This document shows, in pieces, positions 37,435 through 46,771 of a stretch of 64,000 nucleotides of DNA (positions are counted from its first letter, which is position 1; each line of letters starts with the position of its first letter). The notes beneath the pieces were generated by a model. The model was not told where the DNA came from. It made no database searches and saw only the letters and a list, made by a program, of their open reading frames with translations. This stretch comes from Oscillospiraceae bacterium (GTDB lineage: Bacteria; Bacillota; Clostridia; Saccharofermentanales; Fastidiosipilaceae), in assembly GCA_029983685.1 (NCBI GenBank), contig JASBZA010000005.1, forward strand, positions 16,798-80,797. The letters run 5' to 3'. A program made the translations under genes and the position numbers.

Positions 37435-37457
37435 TATCAAAGATAGTCAAAGTCAAA
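37435..37457 (+). promoter_or_regulatory. CtsR-box-like heptad repeats upstream of hsp20
   Basis: TATCAAA-GAT-AGTCAAA-GTCAAA, compared with the CtsR consensus (A/G)GTCAAA-NAN-(A/G)GTCAAA. It is directly followed by TATATAGT, about 45 nt before the start codon. Confidence 0.25.
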
Positions 37458-37503
37458 TTATATAGTAGAAAACGTAAAGAGAACAGCGAGGAGGTTTTGA
37501 CAT

Positions 37504-37938
37504 ATGTTCGATTTAGTTCCTTTTGATTTTGACGGTATGATGCGTTCCATGGATAAGCTTTTCCGTGATTACAGCATGCAAGACATGCGTATGGACGTAG
37601 AAGATTTAGGTGACAAGTATGAAATGACCGTTGAGCTACCCGGCATGAAAAAAGAGGATATTTCACTGCGCGTGAAAGATAATATCCTTACCATAAAAGC
37701 TTCTCATACAAGTGCATCACAAAACAGTCCCGATGAGGAAAGCCGGGAGACGGCTTTGACCGATCGAAACTTTATCCACCAAGAAAGATCTTACAGATCC
37801 ATGGAAAGAAGTTTCAATGTAGAAGGGGTCCTGGTAGACCAAATCCGTGCCAAATATGAAGATGGTCTATTAATTGTGGACATGCCTAAGGAAAATCCTG
37901 CGGCACAGGACAATACCTATGAGGTCAACATCGATTAA
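37504..37938 (+). CDS. Hsp20/alpha-crystallin family small heat-shock protein
   Basis: Alpha-crystallin core YEMTVELPGMKKEDISLRVKDNILTIKA...ERSYRSMERSF...AKYEDGLLIVDMPK. GAGGAGG RBS. Confidence 0.9.
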   Translation: MFDLVPFDFDGMMRSMDKLFRDYSMQDMRMDVEDLGDKYEMTVELPGMKKEDISLRVKDNILTIKASHTSASQNSPDEESRETALTDRNFIHQERSYRSMERSFNVEGVLVDQIRAKYEDGLLIVDMPKENPAAQDNTYEVNID

Positions 37939-37943
37939 TAAGA

Positions 37944-37986
37944 AAAAGGGGGAAGAGACTTAAGCAGCTCCTCCCCTCTTTTTTTG
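37944..37986. terminator. Bidirectional terminator between convergent hsp20 and the EIIC-like gene
   Basis: The AAAAAGGGGGAAGAG...CTCCTCCCCTCTTTTTTT hairpin has A/T runs on both sides. Confidence 0.5.
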
Positions 37987-37988
37987 TC

Positions 37989-39158
37989 TTAATTTAGTTT
38001 AATCTTAAGGTCGTTTTCTTTAATCCATCCGATTTTACGTAAAATAACAGAAAATAAATAAGATAAGATGGCCGGCAAAACAATACAGACCAGAATCAAA
38101 CCCAGCCACTCCTTGGGACCCGGAGCTAAAAGTGTCGCACCGTATTCCAAGGCTTTTTCCGAAGGCACAAACCATCCGGTTACCTGACCGATAGGACCGA
38201 CTAAGCCGGAGGTCCCCATGCCGGATGCAATGGCAGGACCATTCATCTGAAGTTTAAACACAACCGTAGCGATAGGTCCGGTAATGGCTGCGGCCAAAGT
38301 CGGCGGAATCAGAATGCGTGGATTTCGCATGATATTGGGCAGCTGTAACATAGACGTACCCAATCCTTGGGCCAAGAGGCCGCCTAAACCATTTTCTTTA
38401 TAAGAAATAACGGCAAAGCCCACCATCTGGGCACAGCAACCGGCCAAGCCCGCACCGCCGGCCAAGCCTACCAGGCCGAAAGAAGCCGCTATAGCTGCCG
38501 AGCTTATGGGCAAGGTCAAAAGAAGTCCCATGATGACCGAAACCAGAATGCCCATTAAGAGCGGTTGCTGATCGGTGAGACTCATGACGAAGCTACCGAT
38601 AAGATTGGCAAAATTCCCCAACCAAGGTGCTATGGCTAAGGCCAAACCGCCTCCCGACATGAGAGTCACGAAAGGCGTCAGGATAATATCAACCGCCGTG
38701 GTCTTAGATACCAATTTGCCCAGCTCACAGGCCGGCACCGCAATAAAGAATACGGCCATAGGTCCGCCTGCTCCTCCCAGGGTATTGGCGGCCATGCCTA
38801 CACCCGCCAAGGAAAACAGAACCAAAGGCGGTGCTTCCAAAGCATAACCGATGGCAATAGCCATGGCCGCACCGGCTGCCTGACTGCCGAAAGATCCTAT
38901 CTTCTGCAAGCCGTCATGCCAGGCCGACCCGTCCGGGAAAATCATGGCCAGCGTATTGATAATGGTCCCTATTAATAATGAAGCAAAAAGACCCAGCGCC
39001 ATGGCGCCTAGTGCGTCAATCATGTAACGTTTAAAAGAAATAATAATATTCTGTTTGGCTAAAAAAGCTTTGAAACCGGTCTTTTGGTCCGCTTGGTGGA
39101 CCAGGTTATCTTGTAAATAAGGTTTTTGTGACGTTTTCTTATTTTTCTTCTCTTGCAT
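37989..39158 (-). CDS. PTS EIIC-like membrane protein without EIIA/EIIB partners (PfoR-like)
   Basis: FKRYMIDALGAMALGLFASLLIGTI and Gly/Ala-rich helices throughout resemble the PfoR/EIIC_2 group (from memory). About 10 TM helices. Confidence 0.5.
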   Translation of the reverse strand: MQEKKNKKTSQKPYLQDNLVHQADQKTGFKAFLAKQNIIISFKRYMIDALGAMALGLFASLLIGTIINTLAMIFPDGSAWHDGLQKIGSFGSQAAGAAMAIAIGYALEAPPLVLFSLAGVGMAANTLGGAGGPMAVFFIAVPACELGKLVSKTTAVDIILTPFVTLMSGGGLALAIAPWLGNFANLIGSFVMSLTDQQPLLMGILVSVIMGLLLTLPISSAAIAASFGLVGLAGGAGLAGCCAQMVGFAVISYKENGLGGLLAQGLGTSMLQLPNIMRNPRILIPPTLAAAITGPIATVVFKLQMNGPAIASGMGTSGLVGPIGQVTGWFVPSEKALEYGATLLAPGPKEWLGLILVCIVLPAILSYLFSVILRKIGWIKENDLKIKLN

Positions 39159-39176
39159 AATATCTATTATCGGCTT

Positions 39177-40844
39177 TTAAGCGCGGTAGAATCCTCCTTC
39201 TCGCAGATATAAAAATATTTTGGGTACAACTTGATTTTTCCTCGAGACCACCCCGGGCTGGAAGGTATGTGACTCACCTTCCTTGTTCGGGAAGACCTCG
39301 CTTACAATCGCCTTGCCGGGACCGGCTGCATAGAAAATCGAGCCGTTGTCTCGGGCCGTGGTGAACATCATGATCCAAAGATAGGCATCCTTGTCTTTGG
39401 CCTTCTGTTCCATAACCTCTTCTAAGGCGTTTTGGATACCTTCGGTTTCGTTCAGCCGATAGAGGTTACGCTGCGAGATGATAATCTTGCGGTCTTGAAC
39501 CATATATTCTTTGACATCGCCTTCCAGCAAAGACGGCAGGTCGTCCAGGAAATTTTGCGACGATGCCTTGAAGATGGATTCGGCCAATTCTTCGATGTTA
39601 ATACCGGTGAAGTCTGACCAATGTCTGGCCATGGCACGGTCCTGGTCAGTCGTGGTAGGCGACTTGAAGTTCAGCGTATCGGCGATGATGGCGGCCAAAA
39701 GAAGGCCTGCTACATCCGAATCCGGCTGGATATTGTTCTCCAAGAACATTTTAGAAACAATGGTTGCCGTTGCGCCCAAAGGCTCATTTCTAAAAGCAAT
39801 AGGCCTGTCGGATGTAAGGTCTCCGATGCGGTGGTGGTCAATAATCTCTAAGACTTCAGCCAACTCAATATGGGGAACCGACTGCTTAGCTTCGTTGTGG
39901 TCCACCAAAACAAAACGTCTCTTAGGAGCATTCAGTAAGCGATAGCGCGACGTCATACCCATAACACGGTTTTCGGCATCCACGATGGGGTAGGCACGGT
40001 GCCTGGACCGCATCATCTTCTCTCTGGCATCGTCAACAAATTCAGCTTCAGAGAAAACAATCAGGTCTTGGGCCATAATACTCTTAACGGGGATAGCATA
40101 GTAAATATAACGTGAGGTGTTCATGGCCCCGTGGCCTGACAAAATAATCGAACACTTGGCTTTTTTGGCCGCTTCCATAACCATGGGTGCCACCTGCTTG
40201 GTCCAGACTAACACCAGAACCGAAGCCCCCTTCTCGATGGCCCTGAGCTGGCTTTGCGTATCATTGCCTAAAACAACGATGCGTTTGTCCAATTCGTAGT
40301 AATTTAAATGATTAGCCGATAAGGCAATAATACTGACCTTGCCGTTATGGTCGGACTCGTCGGGTGCATAAAGCAGGGTACCGTCAATAGACTTGGCTAT
40401 ATTCTCGACAGACGTTTCCGCCAACAGGTCGATGGCTTTTGCCGTATCACCCCAGATGACCTGACCTATAGAAGAATTCGTAACCAGCCCTAAAAGATGG
40501 CTTCGCTCATCCTGGACTGTAAAAACCTTGTGATTGGCGTCGAAACGCTCTATAACATCCCTTAAGATGGCGTTCTCGCTGACCTTATTGGCATCGTCCA
40601 TGATGCTCTCGTCTAATTGCGACCTGGCATCTTGAATGAAAAGCGGTTCGGCCTGATTAAAGCGTTCCAGGATAAAACGACTCTCGGTCGTAAGATCTCC
40701 CAATCGACAAGGGACCACATTGTGGCCTTGTTTCTGTCTCAAATGCGCATAGGCAATAGCGGAAACAATACTATCCGTATCCGGATGGCGATGGCCCGTG
40801 ACGTAAATAATGCCGCCTCCGCCGTCTTGTGAAAAATAACTCAT
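39177..40844 (-). CDS. ppaC: CBS-domain-containing family II (DHH) inorganic pyrophosphatase
   Basis: DHH motifs VTGHRHPDTDS and IIDHHRIG, a ~250-aa CBS/DRTGG-type insert, and a DHHA2 C-terminal domain. At 555 aa it is typical of CBS-PPases. Confidence 0.85.
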   Translation of the reverse strand: MSYFSQDGGGGIIYVTGHRHPDTDSIVSAIAYAHLRQKQGHNVVPCRLGDLTTESRFILERFNQAEPLFIQDARSQLDESIMDDANKVSENAILRDVIERFDANHKVFTVQDERSHLLGLVTNSSIGQVIWGDTAKAIDLLAETSVENIAKSIDGTLLYAPDESDHNGKVSIIALSANHLNYYELDKRIVVLGNDTQSQLRAIEKGASVLVLVWTKQVAPMVMEAAKKAKCSIILSGHGAMNTSRYIYYAIPVKSIMAQDLIVFSEAEFVDDAREKMMRSRHRAYPIVDAENRVMGMTSRYRLLNAPKRRFVLVDHNEAKQSVPHIELAEVLEIIDHHRIGDLTSDRPIAFRNEPLGATATIVSKMFLENNIQPDSDVAGLLLAAIIADTLNFKSPTTTDQDRAMARHWSDFTGINIEELAESIFKASSQNFLDDLPSLLEGDVKEYMVQDRKIIISQRNLYRLNETEGIQNALEEVMEQKAKDKDAYLWIMMFTTARDNGSIFYAAGPGKAIVSEVFPNKEGESHTFQPGVVSRKNQVVPKIFLYLREGGFYRA

Positions 40845-40857
40845 AGCTTCTCCAATA

Positions 40858-41385
40858 CTAGTCTAAAAAAGTAGTTCCCATCCGATGCGCCTCGTCTCTG
40901 AGTTCGAATCTCTCATCAGTCTTACCCAGGGCAAGTCCGCCTAAAACCTGATAGCCTTCCGGTAAATCTAAGAGATCAAAAAGTTCCGGTTTCGATTCAG
41001 CTCTACGGAAGACACCATAAATAACACAAGAACCCAAGCCCAAGGCTGTGGCGGCCAAAGACATATTCTCTAAGACAAACCCTCCGTTGGCATATTCCAT
41101 ATTAAGGGGTTCGGGTTCCGAGGGTTTTATCGATACAACTATTACTTGAGGGGCTCCAAAAAACGGATGCGCCTCTCTTCCCTGCAAGTCTGATTGGTGT
41201 TTTTCAAAAGCTTCTAAGACAGCCAAATCACTGACGACCGTGATATGCATATCTTCATATCTTCCCATAGCAATAGGGGCCTGCATGCCGAAGTGGAGGA
41301 TTTTCTGTAAATCATCCGGGTCGGCTAAATCTCCTCTGTAAGATCTAACGGATTTACGCCTCTGCATGGCTTCAAAAACGTCCAT
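40858..41385 (-). CDS. Nitroreductase family protein
   Basis: AMQRRKSVRSY at the N-terminus, ~175 aa, and a C-terminal GLGSCVI-type motif. Confidence 0.85.
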   Translation of the reverse strand: MDVFEAMQRRKSVRSYRGDLADPDDLQKILHFGMQAPIAMGRYEDMHITVVSDLAVLEAFEKHQSDLQGREAHPFFGAPQVIVVSIKPSEPEPLNMEYANGGFVLENMSLAATALGLGSCVIYGVFRRAESKPELFDLLDLPEGYQVLGGLALGKTDERFELRDEAHRMGTTFLD

Positions 41386-41484
41386 TTAGCTTCCTCCTTT
41401 TTTCTTGCTACTAAAATAGCATATTTCTGCCCTTTAAGCTCTAAAAAATGCCAATACTCGGTTCGAACATTCAAAAAAGGCACA

Positions 41485-41513
41485 TTTACAGACAAAGACC
41501 GTAAAGGTAGAAT
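41485..41513 (+). promoter_or_regulatory. Candidate sigma-A promoter of the plus-strand ABC island
   Basis: TTTACA (41485..41490), a 17-nt spacer, then TAGAAT (41508..41513). It is ~65 nt upstream of the first ATG. Confidence 0.4.
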
Positions 41514-41577
41514 GGGTAACGTATTTGTGAAATTTGATTTATATTTTTTACTAGAGGACAGATAAGGAGACCGTTAC

Positions 41578-42342
41578 ATGATGCGACTACATATCGAGAA
41601 TATCCACAAGGCCTTCGATGATAAAAAAGTCTTAACCGGAGCTTCAGCCGTTATAGAACAAGGCAAGATATCCGGACTAATCGGAAGAAACGGAGCCGGC
41701 AAGACTACATTGTTTAATATTCTTTATGGTGATATCTCTCAAGATCAAGGACACCTATTCTTAGAAGTTGACGGAATAAAGCGTCCTCTTGAGGCAGAAG
41801 ATGTGGGTTTGCTTTTCTCCAATCCCCTGGTCCCCGAATTTATGACCGGCTATGAATGCATAAAACTTTTTATGGATATTCATAAGTTACCCTCAGATGA
41901 AAACTCTATAAGGCAAGCTTTTGAACTGGTGAGCTTGGACCGGGACGACTGGGATCGCCTGATTCGAGATTACTCTCAAGGCATGAAAAACAAAATCATG
42001 ATGCTTATGGTCTTCTTGGCCAAACCCCCGGTTATTCTCTTGGATGAACCTTTAACCAGTTTGGACATCGTTTTGGCTGCCCAAATTAAAGACTTTTTAA
42101 GATCATATAAGCAAGACCATATCATCATCATGAGTACCCACATCCTGGATTTGGCCAAAAGCCTCTGTGACGATATCATTCTCTTGAGAAAAGGTATGTT
42201 GGAAGCCCTTCCGGATGAGAAGTTCAAAGATGCGGGCTTCGAGCGCTACCTGGTAGACCTCTTAACCGACGAGACCAACGAGGACCAATTATCCAGAGAG
42301 GCACAAACACAAACAAAGCAGGGGGCATGGCACCATGACTAA
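41578..42342 (+). CDS. ABC transporter ATP-binding protein (divergent signature motif)
   Basis: Walker A GRNGAGKTT, Walker B VILLDEP and H-loop MSTH. The signature reads YSQGMKNK instead of LSGGQ. Confidence 0.85.
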   Translation: MMRLHIENIHKAFDDKKVLTGASAVIEQGKISGLIGRNGAGKTTLFNILYGDISQDQGHLFLEVDGIKRPLEAEDVGLLFSNPLVPEFMTGYECIKLFMDIHKLPSDENSIRQAFELVSLDRDDWDRLIRDYSQGMKNKIMMLMVFLAKPPVILLDEPLTSLDIVLAAQIKDFLRSYKQDHIIIMSTHILDLAKSLCDDIILLRKGMLEALPDEKFKDAGFERYLVDLLTDETNEDQLSREAQTQTKQGAWHHD

Positions 42343-43975
42343 GGCATACTTGAAAAGCATGGGCCATTACTGGCGTTATATCTCTATCCAAAGAGTTCAT
42401 CGTTTTATCTACTATTTAAGAAAAATTCCTCTAATCGGAAAACACATTCCTTATAGCCTGCACCAGGTGTCTCAGGCCAATGCTTTTTTTACTATTTTGG
42501 CCCTAATTGTAGGTTTCTTTAAGCAAATCTTTCATAAGGCCTTATATTTCGGACTATTCTATTTTTTCCCGCTAATGGCGGCGGAAACGCTCCCGCAAGA
42601 AGAGCTGGGGCTCTACCTTTACGGCATTTTCTTAGGCCTCAATCTTATCGTGCCTATTAGTTTACAGACGATTTCTATGGCCAAGCCCGAGCGTGAATAC
42701 TATGAGATGCTTTTAATCTTTAAGGAAAATCCTAAGCATTTCTATATATTGAAGATGTTTCTTCCTTTGTTGATTAATATTTGCTTTTTTATGCTTATCG
42801 GCCTTATCAGTTTCAGCTTATTGGAATTATCTATAGCCCATCTCTTCTTCCTTCTTTTAAGCTATATCTTACTTAGAATTTCGAGTGAAGCACTGGGCTG
42901 CCTGATACGAGAAAAAACAGATTTTTTAGAGAGTAAGTATCAAAATTGGCTTTTTAAGCTTCCCGTGGCTCTTGCGGGTCTCATTGTGGCCTACCTACCT
43001 TTCATTTTGATGAAACCCTATCCTCTAACCGGCTTATCACTGGCTCTTTTATGCCTCATTGCGGCACTTTTGGCTGTCCCTTCCTTCCTTTACCTCAGGA
43101 ATTATAACTTTCATATACTGAAACGTAAGTCCTTAGACATCCAAGGCTTTGTCGCCAACATGAATGCCGTCCAGGACAATTCAATGGTTTTAAACCAATT
43201 CATTGTTAAGAAAAATGCCTACACCGACCAGGTTCCGGAAAAGGTGACTGACGGTAAGTCGGGTCTTGTCTACGCCCATGCTCTATTCTTTTACCGCTTC
43301 AAAAAAATGTTTACCAGGCCGGTACTCATTCGCTTTTTTATTTGTCTGGGGGCAATGCTTATTCTGCTAATCGCAAGTCTGATTCTCCGAAATAAAGATT
43401 TCTTTAGAGATGGTCTGGCGAATTTTCAGATTATTAAACTGATGCCGGCTATTTTTTATCTTTCGGCCGTCGTCTTATCCTTTGGCCGCAACTTCACTTC
43501 ACTTATTTTTGCTAACATGGACCGTAATCTCCTCCCCTATAATTTCTACCGTCGTTCCGACCTGGTACGTGAGGGGTTGAGAATTCGTTTTCTTTATTTG
43601 GCCAAATTAACCGCTCCTATTATCCTGGTCCTGGTCATTGGATTAGGCGTCTGGTCTTTTCTTTTCATCCCTGAACAAGGTGCGGATATCCTGATTGTTC
43701 TGGGCACCATTATTATCGAGACGATTTTCTTTAATTTCTACTATTTGGTAACTTACTACCTCTTCCAGCCTTATAATGCCAACATGCAGATTAAATCCGT
43801 ACCCATGCAACTATCCAACTTGGCCATCTATATAATGACAATGGTTCTTTATATGAATAAGGACTTGCCTCTTATGATCTATTTAATCGTAGCAGGATTA
43901 GAGTTAGCCTTTATCATGGTTTCTGTTCCTTTACTTATACATCTGTCCCCAAAGAATTTCCGCCTACGTCAATAA
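42335..43975 (+). CDS. Large polytopic membrane protein, presumed ABC exporter partner ('putative ABC exporter' family-like)
   Basis: 546 aa with about 12 TM helices. There is an 8-nt ATGACTAA overlap with the ATPase gene (translational coupling). I recognised no conventional ABC-2 or FtsX motif. Confidence 0.55.
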   Translation: MTKAYLKSMGHYWRYISIQRVHRFIYYLRKIPLIGKHIPYSLHQVSQANAFFTILALIVGFFKQIFHKALYFGLFYFFPLMAAETLPQEELGLYLYGIFLGLNLIVPISLQTISMAKPEREYYEMLLIFKENPKHFYILKMFLPLLINICFFMLIGLISFSLLELSIAHLFFLLLSYILLRISSEALGCLIREKTDFLESKYQNWLFKLPVALAGLIVAYLPFILMKPYPLTGLSLALLCLIAALLAVPSFLYLRNYNFHILKRKSLDIQGFVANMNAVQDNSMVLNQFIVKKNAYTDQVPEKVTDGKSGLVYAHALFFYRFKKMFTRPVLIRFFICLGAMLILLIASLILRNKDFFRDGLANFQIIKLMPAIFYLSAVVLSFGRNFTSLIFANMDRNLLPYNFYRRSDLVREGLRIRFLYLAKLTAPIILVLVIGLGVWSFLFIPEQGADILIVLGTIIIETIFFNFYYLVTYYLFQPYNANMQIKSVPMQLSNLAIYIMTMVLYMNKDLPLMIYLIVAGLELAFIMVSVPLLIHLSPKNFRLRQ

Positions 43976-43991
43976 TATTAGGGAGAAAAAC

Positions 43992-44897
43992 ATGTCTGTC
44001 ATACTTGAAACAAAACAACTTAGCAAGATTTTTGGCCATCAAAAGGCTGTAGACCAAGCGTCTATTTCAGTCCATCGAGGTGATATTTACGGTCTAATCG
44101 GTCGTAACGGAGCCGGTAAAACGACATTGATGCGTATGTTGGCCGGCCTGGCCCACCCGACTCAAGGTTCCTACCACTTCTATAATGAACAAGGTCAGGA
44201 AGTTTTGCCCGAGCCGGGTCAGATTTCGAACCTCATTGAAAACACCGGTATATATCCCGGAATGAAGGCGGCAGACCAATTACTTCTAAAAGGTCAAAGT
44301 CTGGGCCTAAAGGGAGATGCTTACGTTAAGGAAATTTTGGACATGGTCGGTCTTAGCCGGGTCGGTAAAAAACCGGTCAAGTCCTTTTCTATGGGCATGA
44401 AACAAAGGTTGGGCTTAGGATTGGCCATGGTCGGCAATCCCAGCTTAATTATTCTGGACGAACCCATCAACGGTCTGGACCCACAGGGTATAGCCGAAGT
44501 CCGAAATCTTATCACCTACCTCAATAAAGAGTTCAATGTGACTTTTATTATTTCAAGCCACATCCTCGATGAACTTTCCAGGATTGCTAACCGCTTCGCA
44601 ATTATTGACCACGGCCAAATTCTGCAGGAGCTCGATCACGAGACCTTTGAAGATAAGAGCCGAGACCGCATAGAAATCCGAGTGGATCGGACCGATGTGG
44701 CCATGGAGGCTTTGGCCGAGTTGGGCTATAGCAAGGTCCAACAAGTAAGCCCTAACGATATCCACATCTATGCTTCCTACGAAGACACCGGTCGCATCGT
44801 CCTGGGTTTGGTCCGTAAAGGTTTGGAGATTAAAGGCTTTACCCTCCACCGCAACAGCTTAGAAGAATATTATCTGGCCCTAACCGGTCAACACTAG
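43992..44897 (+). CDS. ABC transporter ATP-binding protein (BcrA/lantibiotic-immunity type)
   Basis: GRNGAGKTT, FSMGMKQRLGL, IILDEP and SSH motifs, plus a C-terminal regulatory-type domain ending SLEEYYLALTG. Confidence 0.9.
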   Translation: MSVILETKQLSKIFGHQKAVDQASISVHRGDIYGLIGRNGAGKTTLMRMLAGLAHPTQGSYHFYNEQGQEVLPEPGQISNLIENTGIYPGMKAADQLLLKGQSLGLKGDAYVKEILDMVGLSRVGKKPVKSFSMGMKQRLGLGLAMVGNPSLIILDEPINGLDPQGIAEVRNLITYLNKEFNVTFIISSHILDELSRIANRFAIIDHGQILQELDHETFEDKSRDRIEIRVDRTDVAMEALAELGYSKVQQVSPNDIHIYASYEDTGRIVLGLVRKGLEIKGFTLHRNSLEEYYLALTGQH

Positions 44898-44911
44898 GAG
44901 GACAAAGACTT

Positions 44912-45802
44912 ATGCATTTATTAAAAATGGAGTTTACCAGACTTTTTAAGCAAAAGAGTACTTATATTATTGGCGGAGTCCTAGCCATATTACTGATTTT
45001 TTCTTTGGTCATGTCTTTTTTCATGATGCGAGCTTTTGAAAAATTTTTAGAAGACATGCCGGAAACAGATGTTACGCAAAGCGAGGTTTTGGAAGAAGAC
45101 GATGAGAATTCAGACAGCGGCGTATACATCGAAGGTGATGTCAATATAATGGAAGACATGCTTGGAGCCAATGAAAATCCGGGCGAAAGCCAATTCTTAA
45201 ACAAATTCCAAAGTATGAATGTGGCGCTCTATTTAGCCATCTTCGCCTCGATATTCTTTGCGGCGCCTTACCGCCACGGTTTTGCCAAAAACTTTTTGGA
45301 TATCAAAAAGAACCGAAAAGTTTATCCCTTTCTCCAATTCCTGGTGGGAGCCTTTTATCTCTTAATTTTAATGATCCTGACCTGCTTGGTTTATACCCTT
45401 ACCAGCCTGATTCTAAACTATGAACCCTTCCTAATTAAGAACTTCAACTTGCTCTGGGCTCCTCTGGGTGTACAGTTTGTAGGACACTTGGCACTCATGA
45501 GTTTAATCTTGGCTTTAGTTTCTTTAACACAAAGTATGGGCGCAGGGCTTTTATTTGGTATCATATACCCTCAGATGCTAGGACCAGTCTTCTATAACCT
45601 CATGGGCTGGGCCCTCATCAAAGTTTTTAAACTGAAAGAGGACTTCCAACTAATTGCTTATACAAGCTTAGGAGCTATTAAACTGACCGGCATCGGATCG
45701 GACACCAAGCAGATTGTAACGAGCCTGGTGGTATCCGTCCTGGTCATGATTATAAGCCTGGTTGTGAGTTCTTTAGCTTTGCAGATTAGAGATATCAAGT
45801 AA
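44912..45802 (+). CDS. ABC-2 type permease
   Basis: N-terminal TM helix, an acidic ~60-aa loop, then 5 TM helices. It starts 14 nt after the ATPase gene. Confidence 0.7.
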   Translation: MHLLKMEFTRLFKQKSTYIIGGVLAILLIFSLVMSFFMMRAFEKFLEDMPETDVTQSEVLEEDDENSDSGVYIEGDVNIMEDMLGANENPGESQFLNKFQSMNVALYLAIFASIFFAAPYRHGFAKNFLDIKKNRKVYPFLQFLVGAFYLLILMILTCLVYTLTSLILNYEPFLIKNFNLLWAPLGVQFVGHLALMSLILALVSLTQSMGAGLLFGIIYPQMLGPVFYNLMGWALIKVFKLKEDFQLIAYTSLGAIKLTGIGSDTKQIVTSLVVSVLVMIISLVVSSLALQIRDIK

Positions 45803-45826
45803 AAAATAGGAGTTTTAAAAAATCGC

Positions 45827-46771
45827 ATGACGGACCAAAGCACACAAAATATTAAGCAATACAGCTGGGTTTTAGCCGCCATATTCTGCACCATGCTATG
45901 GGGATCGGCCTCACCTATGATTAAAATGGGCTACCGGTATTTCCAAATGGATACATCCAATGTATTTAATATTATTCTATTCGCCGGCGTGCGCTTCTTC
46001 GGCGCAGGTCTCTTGACCTTATTAATCAGCAGACCCCTAACCGGAGAAAAACCGTCCTTTAATAAAGCTATGACAGGTCCGGTCCTGGTCTTGGCCCTCA
46101 CCCAGACTGCAGGCCAGTACATCTGCTTCTATCTGGGTCTGGCTGTCGTAACCGGATCGGTCGGTGCAATCTTAAGTGCCACCAATATTTTCTTTACGGT
46201 TATCATCGCGACCATTTTCATGCGTTCAGAAAAGCTGACCACTCAGAAAATTCTGGCAACACTTTTAGCCCTGGTTGGTATTATCGTCTTAAACTTGGAT
46301 AGCAATTTAAACTTTGCCTTCCGTCTGAACGGCGAGGGTTTTGTCCTCTTGTCTGCTTTGGCCAATGCCTTTGCTTCTATCTTCATGAGCCGCTTCAGCC
46401 AGAAGCATAACCCTATTTCTCTGACCGCCTATCAATTTATATTGGGCGGCGCCGGCCTCATGCTGGTAGGATTTTTCGGCGGTGGCAGACTGAACGCTCC
46501 GGGTTATCAGGGCATCTTGGTCTTGGCCTATCTCATGGTACTCTCGGCTCTGGCCTACGGCATCTGGTCTTTGCTCTTAAAGCACCACCCCACCTCTCAC
46601 GTAGTCATTTTCCACGCCCTGGTTCCGGTCTGGGGATCCCTTTTCTCCTGGCTTTTCATGGGCGATCAGATTTGGAACTGGCAGACACTGGTCGCACTGC
46701 TGTCCATCGTAATCGGTATCTTCCTGGTCAATAAACAAAAGGAAAAATTTACCGCAGAGGACCCGGCCTAG
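45827..46771 (+). CDS. DMT superfamily transporter (EamA repeats)
   Basis: Ten TM helices in two EamA-like halves. Confidence 0.8.
   Translation: MTDQSTQNIKQYSWVLAAIFCTMLWGSASPMIKMGYRYFQMDTSNVFNIILFAGVRFFGAGLLTLLISRPLTGEKPSFNKAMTGPVLVLALTQTAGQYICFYLGLAVVTGSVGAILSATNIFFTVIIATIFMRSEKLTTQKILATLLALVGIIVLNLDSNLNFAFRLNGEGFVLLSALANAFASIFMSRFSQKHNPISLTAYQFILGGAGLMLVGFFGGGRLNAPGYQGILVLAYLMVLSALAYGIWSLLLKHHPTSHVVIFHALVPVWGSLFSWLFMGDQIWNWQTLVALLSIVIGIFLVNKQKEKFTAEDPA

Noticed and set aside
37424-37666. 80-aa minus-strand ORF overlapping the hsp20 start
   Set aside because: It is antisense to a clear Hsp20 gene and its promoter, with no RBS.
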